A stretch of DNA of 45,763 nucleotides, from contig CBFGIV010000015.1 of the NCBI GenBank assembly GCA_965648915.1, positions 1-45,763 of the forward strand, given 5' to 3'. Numbering within the stretch: the stretch's first letter is position 1; each line of letters starts with the position of its first letter. The position numbers and the translations under genes were made by a program. Below, piece after piece: positions 36,791-45,700 of the stretch. The notes under the pieces were generated by a model, which saw only the letters and a list, made by a program, of their open reading frames with translations, had not been told where the DNA came from and searched no databases. This DNA is from a candidate division WOR-3 bacterium. Lineage in GTDB: Bacteria; Hydrothermota; Tepidihabitantia; SM23-42; CAYGYG01.

Positions 36791-37324
36791 CTAAATTTTA
36801 TTATATTGCCATCCATTCCTTCGAAAAGTTTCTACTGCCCGGCTGCAGATATAAAATAGTAATAAAGAGAAAAGAAAACCGATCGAAACCTGAGTGGTGT
36901 TATGTTTTATACAGGAAGAAGTTAAGAGCCAGATACTATTGCCGAAAGGCCTGATTTTATCAAAAACCTTGAAGATCCCGGGTAGCGAAAGTAGTACCTT
37001 AGAAAGGAGGAGATTCAACAATGGTGAGAATAGTAGAATTAAAAGCCCGGCAAGATAGAGACCAGCAAATGCCGGGACCACCCTTGACCAGATTTTCGAT
37101 CGCCGGATACCGATTTTAACAAGAACCCGGGTATTAAAGTCCACCCGGGGGAAGAATTCAATTAACCCTGCCACCCCATTCTTAATTCGTTCCATCTCAA
37201 GGTAGTATGCCTGACACTTAGCGCATTCTTTAAGGTGTTGAAACAGATAAGCCTCCTCATCGCTTGTGATCTCCTGGTCCAGTCTTTTCTGGATTAACTT
37301 TTCTACCGCCTGGTGTTTCATCAT
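36791..37324 (-). CDS. Zinc-binding (zf-HC2/ZAS) transmembrane anti-sigma factor
   Basis: HLKECAKC (HxxxCxxC); TM helices; directly downstream of an ECF sigma. Confidence 0.88.
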   Translation of the reverse strand: MMKHQAVEKLIQKRLDQEITSDEEAYLFQHLKECAKCQAYYLEMERIKNGVAGLIEFFPRVDFNTRVLVKIGIRRSKIWSRVVPAFAGLYLAGLLILLFSPLLNLLLSKVLLSLPGIFKVFDKIRPFGNSIWLLTSSCIKHNTTQVSIGFLFSLLLFYICSRAVETFRRNGWQYNKI

Positions 37325-37331
37325 TAAATGA

Positions 37332-37357
37332 TACGCAAAATTTTCAGAAAAGTTTCA
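37332..37357 (-). promoter_or_regulatory. SigW-type ECF promoter overlapping the sigma stop codon
   Basis: TGAAAC(37357-37352)-N16-CGTA(37335-37332), 7 nt before ATG 37324. Confidence 0.7.
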
Positions 37358-37900
37358 CCCTTTTTTGCATCTTTTTTCCATTCGCGTAAGCAATGATCGG
37401 AGTCTTTTGCGGGCGCGATGCAAACGGGTCTTGATTGTGGTAACGGGCTGATTCAAGATCTTACTCATTTCATCATAGGAAAGTCTTTCCCGGTGGAATA
37501 AGATGACCAGCGCACGGTCGATCGGCGAAATAGCCTGCAGGGCCCTTTCCATCTCTTTTAATTTCTGCTCTTTTTCATATTTTTCAAAGACATCAGCATC
37601 AATTAAATGTTTCTCGTCAAGTTCTTCATAAACAATTTTATTTCTTCTAAAAAAATCAATCACCAGATTGTGGGCGATGGTAAATAACCAGGACAGTAAT
37701 GATCTGGTCGGGTCATAAGATTTTATTGATTTGAAAAATTTAATAAATGTCTCAAGGGTCAATTCTTCTGCATCATCATAATTTTTCACCATCCGCAGAA
37801 TATAACTGAATATTCTACCTTTATAGAGATTCAGAATTTTTTCACAGGACTTTTCATCGCCTTTTAAGACGCTTCTAATTATCTCTTTTTCTTCAGACAT
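37355..37900 (-). CDS. ECF RNA polymerase sigma factor (SigW/RpoE-like)
   Basis: Region 2 (DAEELT.E.F, SWLFTIA.N...D..R) and region 4 (LSYDE..IL..P..TIKTRL.RAR). Confidence 0.95.
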   Translation of the reverse strand: MSEEKEIIRSVLKGDEKSCEKILNLYKGRIFSYILRMVKNYDDAEELTLETFIKFFKSIKSYDPTRSLLSWLFTIAHNLVIDFFRRNKIVYEELDEKHLIDADVFEKYEKEQKLKEMERALQAISPIDRALVILFHRERLSYDEMSKILNQPVTTIKTRLHRARKRLRSLLTRMEKRCKKG

Positions 37901-37907
37901 TAAGATG

Positions 37908-37935
37908 AGTATACATAACTTAATCGAAATGGCAA
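37908..37935 (-). promoter_or_regulatory. sigma70-type promoter for the ECF sigma gene, leaderless
   Basis: TTGCCA-N16-TATACT, 7 nt before ATG 37900. Confidence 0.68.
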
Positions 37936-38022
37936 GTTCCGGCTGAGCAATGCAGTTTTATCCTTTCTTGGCTGCAAAAATCGACTTTGTATTAATCCTT
38001 TGGTTAGTCGATTTCGCTTGGC

Positions 38023-38397
38023 TCATTTCTCCTTCGTTTGAAACTCAACCAATTCATGGACATTACCGAAAGGATCTCTAAAGGCTGCGTAAACACCCAC
38101 CGGGCATTTTTGTGGCGTTTCGTGGATTAGTTCGACTCCTTTACTTTTTAAATCTTTCAGACTTGCTTCTAAATCGTCGGTTTGAAAATTAATCAGAGTT
38201 TGGGCAACATTTGGATAGTCAATATGTACAGGATTGGGTACTTCGTAGAGAATCAGAGGAATTCCCTCGTGAGCCAGTTCCACAATCTTTGGATAATGTG
38301 CTCTTGAACAAACTTCAAAACCCATCTTATTACAATAGAAATCTATTACCCTATCCATATCACTCACATTGATTTGAATAACACATACTTTTGGCAT
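38023..38397 (-). CDS. VOC/glyoxalase family protein
   Basis: VSDMDR..DFY...GF, FRDPFGN..ELVE; ATG 38397 with SD AAGGAAGG. Confidence 0.9.
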   Translation of the reverse strand: MPKVCVIQINVSDMDRVIDFYCNKMGFEVCSRAHYPKIVELAHEGIPLILYEVPNPVHIDYPNVAQTLINFQTDDLEASLKDLKSKGVELIHETPQKCPVGVYAAFRDPFGNVHELVEFQTKEK

Positions 38398-38600
38398 CGC
38401 TACCTTCCTTTTTAAAGACAACTTTACCAGACATTCTGCGGATACAAAAATTTTTCGACCCATACTGAGTGAAGTTTAGGCAGGGTAAAAGGCAGAGTAA
38501 TTACATGCAGATATAAGGAATAATATGAGAAGTATATCAGTCTTCCCGATCTTTTCCTCTGGTCTGAGAGAACCACCGGTTCTTGAAGAAAGCCCTGCCC

Positions 38601-40103
38601 CTACATCTTGCGAAGCATTGATTGGCGGCCGGCGAGCTTCCAGGGGCTTGCAGTCTGCTGGGTTACTTTTGTAGAAACTGTCATCTTTTGCTCCTGCAAG
38701 GTCTTTGTAATCAAGGCAGCAATTGCTGCAGTCTCGTATTTTCCTTTTTTGTATTCAATCTTCCCTAAAATTCGGTCAATAAATGTTGTATCATATTCAC
38801 CTGCGACAAACTGAGGATTCTCCATAACCAGTAGATGAAATGGGATAGATGTTTTTATTCCATGAATAGTATATTCTCTTAATGCCCTTTTCATTCTTTC
38901 AATTGCCTCTCTTCGTGTTGGTGCCCAGACCAGCAACTTTGCGATCAATGGATCATAATATACGGGCACTTCAAAACCTTCGTATATTCCGCTGTCAAGT
39001 CGGACGCCAATACCACCGGGTTCAACCAGTTCAGTTATTTTGCCGGTTGATGGCATAAAGTTATTCTCCGGGTCTTCAGCCGTTATACGACATTCAATCG
39101 CCGAGCCGTTGATTCTTATATCCCCCTGTCTTAAAGTTAACTTTTCACCCGCAGCAATCTTGAATTGCTCTTTGACAATATCAATACCGGTGACAAGTTC
39201 AGTAACCGGGTGTTCAACCTGCAACCGTGTATTCATCTCGAGGAAATAGAAATTTTTATTTTTATCAACCATAAATTCTACAGTCCCGGCATTATTATAA
39301 CCTGATACCTTTACTGCTTTCTTTGCTGCCTCACCCATCCTTTCTCTCAATTCTGGTGTCATAATTGCTGAAGGTGATTCCTCAATGAGTTTCTGATGCC
39401 TCCTCTGGATTGAGCATTCCCTTTCACCAAGATGGACAACATTTCCATAATTGTCGGCGAGGATCTGAAATTCTATATGTCTTGGTTGTTTAAGAAATTT
39501 TTCGATAAAGATTGTAGGATTACCAAATGCTGATTTTGCCTCACCGATTGCCTGCTTGATTGCGGTCCCCAGATCTTTTTTATCCCTGACAACGCGCATC
39601 CCTTTCCCGCCGCCACCGCCTGCCGCCTTTATCAGGACCGGCAGGCCGATCTTTTCTATTACCTTTAATGCCTCGGTTTCGTCTTTAATTGCACCTTCAC
39701 TACCAGGGATCACCGGCACCCCTGCCTTAAACATTGTAATCTTTGATGCAATCTTATCACCTAAAAGTTCAATCGCCTTTGAATTTGGTCCGATAAAAAT
39801 TATGCCCTCAGTCTCACAGGCCTTTGCAAATTCGGTATTCTCGGCAAGAAATCCATAGCCTGGATGGATTGCCTCAGCATTTGATTTTTTTGCGACATCG
39901 ATTATCTTTTCGATGCGCAGATAACTCTCAGTGGATGGTGAAGACCCGATATAATAGACCTCATCCGCAAAACGGGTATGCAGGGCAGTCCGGTCCACAT
40001 CAGAATAGACCGTGACCGATTTTATCCCCATCTCCCGGCAGGCCCTTAAAACCCGCACCGCAATTTCCCCCCGATTGGCAACAAGAATTTTCTTAATAGC
40101 CAT
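38601..40103 (-). CDS. accC: Acyl-CoA (acetyl/propionyl-CoA) carboxylase biotin carboxylase subunit
   Basis: [52 protein letters not shown]; no biotinyl domain. Confidence 0.93.
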   Translation of the reverse strand: MAIKKILVANRGEIAVRVLRACREMGIKSVTVYSDVDRTALHTRFADEVYYIGSSPSTESYLRIEKIIDVAKKSNAEAIHPGYGFLAENTEFAKACETEGIIFIGPNSKAIELLGDKIASKITMFKAGVPVIPGSEGAIKDETEALKVIEKIGLPVLIKAAGGGGGKGMRVVRDKKDLGTAIKQAIGEAKSAFGNPTIFIEKFLKQPRHIEFQILADNYGNVVHLGERECSIQRRHQKLIEESPSAIMTPELRERMGEAAKKAVKVSGYNNAGTVEFMVDKNKNFYFLEMNTRLQVEHPVTELVTGIDIVKEQFKIAAGEKLTLRQGDIRINGSAIECRITAEDPENNFMPSTGKITELVEPGGIGVRLDSGIYEGFEVPVYYDPLIAKLLVWAPTRREAIERMKRALREYTIHGIKTSIPFHLLVMENPQFVAGEYDTTFIDRILGKIEYKKGKYETAAIAALITKTLQEQKMTVSTKVTQQTASPWKLAGRQSMLRKM

Positions 40104-40386
40104 ATATTATTCTGAATTCATTAAATTCACCGGTGGGTGGTTCCCAATCGACCTTAACGTCTCTCACTATGGCACCCGGTGGTCCAACCCGACACCATTC
40201 GATAAGTTTTAAAATATCTTCCCGTACTCCCTCACAAACCACTTCCACCCGACCATCGTCGAGATTCTTTACCCAGCCTTTCAAACCGAGTCCCTTTGCC
40301 TCTTCCTGGGTGCAGGCACGATAGAAGACACCCTGAACCCTGCCTGATATATAGAGATGCGCCCTTGATAAATCTATTTTTTTCAT
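40093..40386 (-). CDS. acyP: Acylphosphatase
   Basis: [22 protein letters not shown]. Confidence 0.95.
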   Translation of the reverse strand: MKKIDLSRAHLYISGRVQGVFYRACTQEEAKGLGLKGWVKNLDDGRVEVVCEGVREDILKLIEWCRVGPPGAIVRDVKVDWEPPTGEFNEFRIIYGY

Positions 40387-40398
40387 AGGTGATTACTT

Positions 40399-40426
40399 AT
40401 TTTATTACAAAAAAGAAGAAAGTCAA
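40399..40426 (-). promoter_or_regulatory. sigma70-type promoter for acyP-accC, very short leader
   Basis: TTGACT-N16-TAAAAT, 12 nt before ATG 40386. Confidence 0.65.
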
Positions 40427-40435
40427 TAGATCTTA

Positions 40436-40463
40436 TTGACAAATTTCTTTTTTAGATTAAGAT
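40436..40463 (+). promoter_or_regulatory. sigma70-type promoter for the peptidase gene, leadered
   Basis: TTGACA-N16-TAAGAT; SD AAGGAGG at 40505-40511. Confidence 0.68.
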
Positions 40464-40516
40464 TTTATATTCGTTCTCGTTTATCAGGATAATTTATCTT
40501 TGTTAAGGAGGTTTTT

Positions 40517-42106
40517 ATGAAGTATGTGGTGGTTGTTTTCTTAATCGGGATCTGTCTGGTCAACAGTGAAGAATTGGTTCAGATATTCCCGATCAATCAG
40601 GATGAGGTTCAAAAACTCACTCATAACCGGATCCCGGTTATCGCTCAGATAGAAAATTCTTACATCGCATTGCTGAACTGCGACGAAATTGCTCGACTCA
40701 ATGAGACTAAAATTGATTATCAATTGATCAGCAGTGCACCACCGTCGGAGGACTTCTATATTGTCACTCCGCCAGAAAATGCGGATTTAAACTATTGTGC
40801 CTCGGTCGTCGCTCAATACGCTACAATTCTCTTGACCTATGAAGGAAGATTCCTTGTCTCGGGAAGACCATCTATGATTGAATACCTGCCCAACCTGAGA
40901 TACCATATTGCCCATATACCCCGTTCGCCAATGGTTCTTGAGTCAAGATTTCTGCCCGAAGTTAAACCCTCAAACAGATACAACGCTGTGGTGAAATGGG
41001 TTATCGACCAGATTACCCCTGGTGAACTGGCGCAACTTATCCGTGATCTCTCCGGCGAAAATCCGGTTGTGGTAGGCGGTCGCACCGATACCATCCTTAC
41101 CCGGCATGCCAACTGGGCTAAAAATTCTGTTGCCATAAGATATTACTATGAAAAGATGCGTTCTTACGGTGTTGATTCTGTTGTCTACCACCCTTTCAGC
41201 ACCGATAGCAATGTCATTGCCACCCGGGTGGGCCGGGTCTATCCCCGCCAGCAGTATCTAATCGGCGGCCACATTGATGATATGCCCAATGCCAGTCGTG
41301 CCCCAGGTGCTGATGACAATGCGACTGGGACTGTTGCCGGAATGATCTGTGCAAAGTACATCCGGGGTATACCGTTCAAACGGACCATCAAATTTGTCGC
41401 CTGGAATCAGGAAGAGTTAGGGCTTATTGGCAGCGAGGCCTATGCCAGTCAGGCCGCTGCCCGGCGTGATTCAATCCAGGGTTATTTCAATGCGGATATG
41501 ATTGCCTATGAAACCTCGAATTTCGATTCGATCCGATGTTACAATGGTAACCGTGCCGGTTCGATTATATTAAGCAATAAATTCAATCAGATGAATATCG
41601 ATTATAATCTCGGCTTAAGAATCCGCCTCTCGACCTCGACCCCGACTAACTCTGACCATTATTCCTTCTGGAGAAACGGTTTTGAAGCAGTTGATATCTA
41701 TGAAGATGACGCAAATCCGTATTATCATACTGCTAATGACCGGATCACGACGCTTGATACCATCTATTATACCAAAGTCGTCAAGTGTATGGTGGCAGCC
41801 GTGCTGGAACTGGCTGAACCTGATACTGTTTTTCAGGATCTTGAAGAAAAAATCTCAACCAAACTGAACCGGGCCATATCGATCAGACCCAATCCGGCAC
41901 GCAAGTTCGTGACCTTTACGGTTAATGATCCACAATTTGAGAATGGCATGATTAAGATCTATGACACTTCGGGAAAGTTGATTACTGAATACAACTCCCT
42001 TCAGGCAGGTCAGCCTTTATACTTGAATTTGAGCCCTGGTGTCTATTTTGCCCGATATATAACCCTTGATCAGGTGGTCACGAAGAAATTTATTCTGGTC
42101 GAATAA
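40517..42106 (+). CDS. Secreted M28 family metallopeptidase with T9SS type-A-like C-terminal sorting domain
   Basis: Signal peptide; GGHIDD, GADDNATG, EELGLIGS, NADMI, SDH, YHT..D; C-tail IRPNPA..IKIYD.SGKL..L.PGVYF..KKFI. Confidence 0.9.
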   Translation: MKYVVVVFLIGICLVNSEELVQIFPINQDEVQKLTHNRIPVIAQIENSYIALLNCDEIARLNETKIDYQLISSAPPSEDFYIVTPPENADLNYCASVVAQYATILLTYEGRFLVSGRPSMIEYLPNLRYHIAHIPRSPMVLESRFLPEVKPSNRYNAVVKWVIDQITPGELAQLIRDLSGENPVVVGGRTDTILTRHANWAKNSVAIRYYYEKMRSYGVDSVVYHPFSTDSNVIATRVGRVYPRQQYLIGGHIDDMPNASRAPGADDNATGTVAGMICAKYIRGIPFKRTIKFVAWNQEELGLIGSEAYASQAAARRDSIQGYFNADMIAYETSNFDSIRCYNGNRAGSIILSNKFNQMNIDYNLGLRIRLSTSTPTNSDHYSFWRNGFEAVDIYEDDANPYYHTANDRITTLDTIYYTKVVKCMVAAVLELAEPDTVFQDLEEKISTKLNRAISIRPNPARKFVTFTVNDPQFENGMIKIYDTSGKLITEYNSLQAGQPLYLNLSPGVYFARYITLDQVVTKKFILVE

Positions 42107-42114
42107 AATTTGTT

Positions 42115-42153
42115 ATCAAGCAGGGAGGCTCACTCGGAGCTTCCCTGCTTGAT
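42115..42153. terminator. Long hairpin between convergent genes, probable bidirectional terminator
   Basis: ATCAAGCAGGGAGGCTC-actcg-GAGCTTCCCTGCTTGAT: 17-bp stem with one G-T pair; no strong U tract. Confidence 0.65.
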
Positions 42154-42160
42154 CATTGAA

Positions 42161-43363
42161 TTACCGGACCTTTATCAGTATCCGGTCACCCTGTTCCTGA
42201 ATTTCCAGAACCTCGTAGTGCTGATAGATCTCTTTAAGTCGCCCCCACTGATTTTTTCGGATAAAGAGAGTCTTGGCGGGCCGACTGAAGGCGATGGAAT
42301 AGAGATGCTCTTTTAATTCCTTGAGGCCATCACCATATTTGGCCGATACGAAGAAAGCATCCGGATACTGTTTTTTAATTCGGTCGATCACATTCGTTTC
42401 AAAAATGCGGTCACATTTATTAAAGACCATAAGCTGGAAAGTGGAGTCGGCCTTGATTTCAGTTAATACACTTTTGACCGCCTCAATTCTTTCCTCCCAT
42501 CCTTCTTGAGAAATATCGATGACATGAAGGATAAGATCGGCCTGACGAACCTCTTCAAGGGTCGCATGGAAAGAAGCAATCAGGGAATGGGGTAAATGTT
42601 TTATGAAACCGACTGTGTCGGTAAGCAGAACTTTACGCTGATGAGAAAAGTAGAGGACACTGGTATGGGGATCCAGGGTCGAGAATAGCATATCGTCGAC
42701 TTTGACCTTCGATTTGGTGAGGGCATTCAGGAGAGATGACTTACCGGCATTGGTATAACCAACAATTGAGATGTTAAACATCATTTTCCGTTCTTTGCGC
42801 TGTTCAGTTCGATCGACCTCGATCTTCTTCAGTGCTTTTTTCAAGGTGCTGATCCGGCGCCGAATCCTCCGTCGGTCAACCTCTAACTTTTTCTCGCCCG
42901 GGCCCCGGGTTCCGATACCACCACCAAGTCTCGAGAGTTCAAGACCTTTACCAACCAGGCGGGGGAGACGATATTCAAGTTGCGCCAGTTCAACTTGAAG
43001 TTTGGCTTCACGGGTATGAGCGTGCTGGGCGAAGATATCGAGGATCAATGTTGTTCGGTCGATCGTCCGCACATCGGTCAATCTCTCAATATTTCTAATC
43101 TGACTTGCTGATAATTCGAGATCAAATATGAGGAGATCAATTCGGTGTCGATGACAGATATCCCCTATTTCCAGGATCTTACCATAACCGAGAATTGTTG
43201 CGGGTTCAAATCGCTCTCTTATCTGGAGAATCTTCTCAACAACTACTGCCCGGGCAGTTTCACTGAGGGCAGCCAGTTCTTCGAGGGAGTCGATTGCACG
43301 CCAGCGCTCCCGGGTTGAAGTGCAAACACCGACCAGGAGGACCCTCTCGCCCCTGCTTTCCAT
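42161..43363 (-). CDS. hflX: GTPase HflX
   Basis: ILDIFAQHA.T.EAKLQVELA, GGIGTRGPGE, GYTNAGKS, DTVGF, NKCD. Confidence 0.97.
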   Translation of the reverse strand: MESRGERVLLVGVCTSTRERWRAIDSLEELAALSETARAVVVEKILQIRERFEPATILGYGKILEIGDICHRHRIDLLIFDLELSASQIRNIERLTDVRTIDRTTLILDIFAQHAHTREAKLQVELAQLEYRLPRLVGKGLELSRLGGGIGTRGPGEKKLEVDRRRIRRRISTLKKALKKIEVDRTEQRKERKMMFNISIVGYTNAGKSSLLNALTKSKVKVDDMLFSTLDPHTSVLYFSHQRKVLLTDTVGFIKHLPHSLIASFHATLEEVRQADLILHVIDISQEGWEERIEAVKSVLTEIKADSTFQLMVFNKCDRIFETNVIDRIKKQYPDAFFVSAKYGDGLKELKEHLYSIAFSRPAKTLFIRKNQWGRLKEIYQHYEVLEIQEQGDRILIKVR

Positions 43364-43404
43364 AAATCAAAAACCTGAAAAAGGTTCTGGAATTGATATT
43401 TCGA

Positions 43405-43977
43405 CTAACATCTTTGATAGGCAAATATAATGCGCTGGATAATTGTCGATACTGTTCCTAAAACAAGAAGGATAAGTAAATAAACCATAATCTTCACACC
43501 CAGGATTGAACCAATAAAGAGAATAAAAAATCTTGTTCCTCTTTCAAAAAAACCTACTTTTCCTGTAATACCGAGCCCCTCGGCCCGGGCCCGAGTATAA
43601 CTGACCAGTAGTGAACCGGAGAGAGCCAATATCACCAATATTGTATATTGCCAGTTTAATCGGCCCAGGAAGATACCGAGGCCGAGAAATATGAAACATT
43701 CACTGATTCGATCCAGGGTCGAATCTAAAAATGCACCGAACCGGGTTACTCTATTTAGCCGACGGGAAAGTTCGCCATCGATCATATCAAAGAGACCACT
43801 TATGACCAGAACGATCCCCCCCATAAAAAAATAACCCCGGGCATAGAGAAAAGCGGCTACCAGACTGATTATAAAGCCGGTTATGGTTACGAAATTAGGA
43901 GCAATCTTTAAGTGAACTAAAATCTGAGTTATCGGTGATAGTCCTCTTTTCAATATTCGACCGACCAGATCAACCAT
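43405..43977 (-). CDS. CDP-alcohol phosphatidyltransferase (phosphatidylinositol-phosphate synthase-like)
   Basis: PN.VT, DMIDG..SR...T.FGAFLDSTLDR, SLLVSYTRARAE, ER..R. Confidence 0.9.
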   Translation of the reverse strand: MVDLVGRILKRGLSPITQILVHLKIAPNFVTITGFIISLVAAFLYARGYFFMGGIVLVISGLFDMIDGELSRRLNRVTRFGAFLDSTLDRISECFIFLGLGIFLGRLNWQYTILVILALSGSLLVSYTRARAEGLGITGKVGFFERGTRFFILFIGSILGVKIMVYLLILLVLGTVSTIIQRIIFAYQRC

Positions 43978-44650
43978 TGCACCCCTTAATTAAAACAACA
44001 AACTCACCGCGCGGTTTTGTGTCATTGATTAATTCTTTTACGGTGCTAACTTTACCTCTAATAAATGTTTCAAATTTCTTGGTCAACTCCCGGGCAAGGA
44101 CAATCTCACGATCACCCATTATCCGGAATATCTCATCCACCAATCGACCAACCCGCATCGGTGATTCATAGATGATAATCGTCCGGCGCTCAGCACTCAG
44201 ATCTTCAAGCCGACGGACTCTCCGGCCGGGCTTCTTGGGCAGATATCCCTCAAAGACAAAGTGGTCAGTGGGCAGTCCTGAAGCGACCAGGGCCGATAGA
44301 ATGGCTGAAGGTCCGGGAACCGGTATAACCCGGATCCCGTTCTTTAACGCCTCCTGGATAAGATAAAATCCGGGATCGGAAATCCCGGGTGTTCCCGCAT
44401 CACTGATAATCGCGATCGATTTTTGCTCCTTAAGTAATTTAATTAAATGCGGGGTCTCTTTTATTTTATTATATTCATGGTAACTAACGATACGATTCTT
44501 AATACCATAATGCTTTAAGAGAATCCCTGCTCTTCGCGTATCTTCACAGGCAATCAGATCCACATCTTTTAAGGTCTCCAATGCCCTGATGGTAATATCT
44601 TTTAGGTTGCCGATCGGTGTCGATACAATATACAACCCGGGCTCGATCAT
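43970..44650 (-). CDS. rsmI: 16S rRNA C1402 2'-O-methyltransferase
   Basis: TPIGNL.DIT.RA, CEDTR, SDAGTPGISDPG, YESP.R, RELTK.FE, RGEFV. Confidence 0.96.
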   Translation of the reverse strand: MIEPGLYIVSTPIGNLKDITIRALETLKDVDLIACEDTRRAGILLKHYGIKNRIVSYHEYNKIKETPHLIKLLKEQKSIAIISDAGTPGISDPGFYLIQEALKNGIRVIPVPGPSAILSALVASGLPTDHFVFEGYLPKKPGRRVRRLEDLSAERRTIIIYESPMRVGRLVDEIFRIMGDREIVLARELTKKFETFIRGKVSTVKELINDTKPRGEFVVLIKGCNG

Positions 44651-45603
44651 TCAATCTTCCATTTAGTGAATTCAAAAAATCTGGCTGCTTTCAGGGCAAA
44701 GCGGTAGTCCTTTATTGCTTCCAGCACAATCCGTGTTGCATCTTTACCTAAAAATGTTGAAAATGATTCATAGATCAGATCGAGCCATCGGGCAAAACCT
44801 TTGATTAACATTTCGGGAGCAACCATTGCCTCTCCTGAGATGGAAAGGTCAGAATTGATTTTAAAATTTTTTAAGAATGCATACTCCTTCTGTGCAGTCT
44901 CCTTGGCAATCATTGTTGTCCGCAAGACCAGTGCCGAACCCAAAGTCTTACTAAACTCCCGATGGAGGGTGGTAAAGACCTTTATGAACATCTCGAGCTG
45001 GGAGGGTGTTGCCTGGGCAATTGATGTTATCTGGGTTTTATCAAAAACGGCAATCTTGAGATCAGGTTTACTAAGAAATTTTATTATTTTGCTTTCATCT
45101 TCCTCGCAGTGGGTTTGTCCGCTCAGATAACAGCCGATAACCTTGCCATTCTCAAATTTTATAAATGACTCTTCGAGTTTATCCCGTACCCATAAAAACC
45201 CATTAAAACCCGATTGTTTAAGGCGGCTGAAGAGAATTTTAGGTTGAATTTTTGTAAGATCAATATCGACCTTTACCGGTTTCTGAGAAATACTGGCGAT
45301 AATCATCTCGAGTAACTGAATATCAACTGCATAAGACGAAATTATGCCGGTATCGGCTTTTTTCGCCTTCTCGACCACCTCTTTTATCGAAATAAGTGAT
45401 CGTTCATTCTGTTTGACCCGTGCCGCATTAAACGGCTCACCCTGGTTGAGAAAAATAAGATCGATCGAATCCGGATAGATGATTGATATATATCCCGATA
45501 TGCGGTGCGCCCGCTCCCTTTTCCCGGCATGGAGAAGATTGTCAAAATTGATAAACTGAAGTTGGGCATTATCTAAAATTGCTTTACCCTTGGGTAACTT
45601 CAT
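44647..45603 (-). CDS. Hypothetical protein with two tandem DUF4388/PATAN-like modules
   Basis: ISGYISI..PDSIDLIFLNQGEPFNA and FNGFLWV..KLEESFIKFENGKVIGC; likely start ATG 45603 (MKLPKG); ATGA-coupled to rsmI. Confidence 0.65.
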   Translation of the reverse strand: MKLPKGKAILDNAQLQFINFDNLLHAGKRERAHRISGYISIIYPDSIDLIFLNQGEPFNAARVKQNERSLISIKEVVEKAKKADTGIISSYAVDIQLLEMIIASISQKPVKVDIDLTKIQPKILFSRLKQSGFNGFLWVRDKLEESFIKFENGKVIGCYLSGQTHCEEDESKIIKFLSKPDLKIAVFDKTQITSIAQATPSQLEMFIKVFTTLHREFSKTLGSALVLRTTMIAKETAQKEYAFLKNFKINSDLSISGEAMVAPEMLIKGFARWLDLIYESFSTFLGKDATRIVLEAIKDYRFALKAARFFEFTKWKIE

Positions 45604-45700
45604 ACTCTGTTTTATTATATCCAAATTTTTGAAAAGTCAACGATAAAATGTAGATAGACCTAGACATCGTAACCAGGTGATAAGGATATTAAAAGGGATA

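Noticed and set aside
38464..38600. Intergenic region with GGCAGGG/CCCTGCC ends and an AGAACC/GGTTCT hairpin as riboswitch or MITE
   Set aside because: Repeats are only 6-7 bp; no known riboswitch consensus or target duplication recognised; an Rfam search would be needed
45614..45640. TTGACT-N15-TATAAT upstream of ATG 45603
   Set aside because: Plausible, but the 15-bp spacer is atypical, so it was left out of the promoter list and counts
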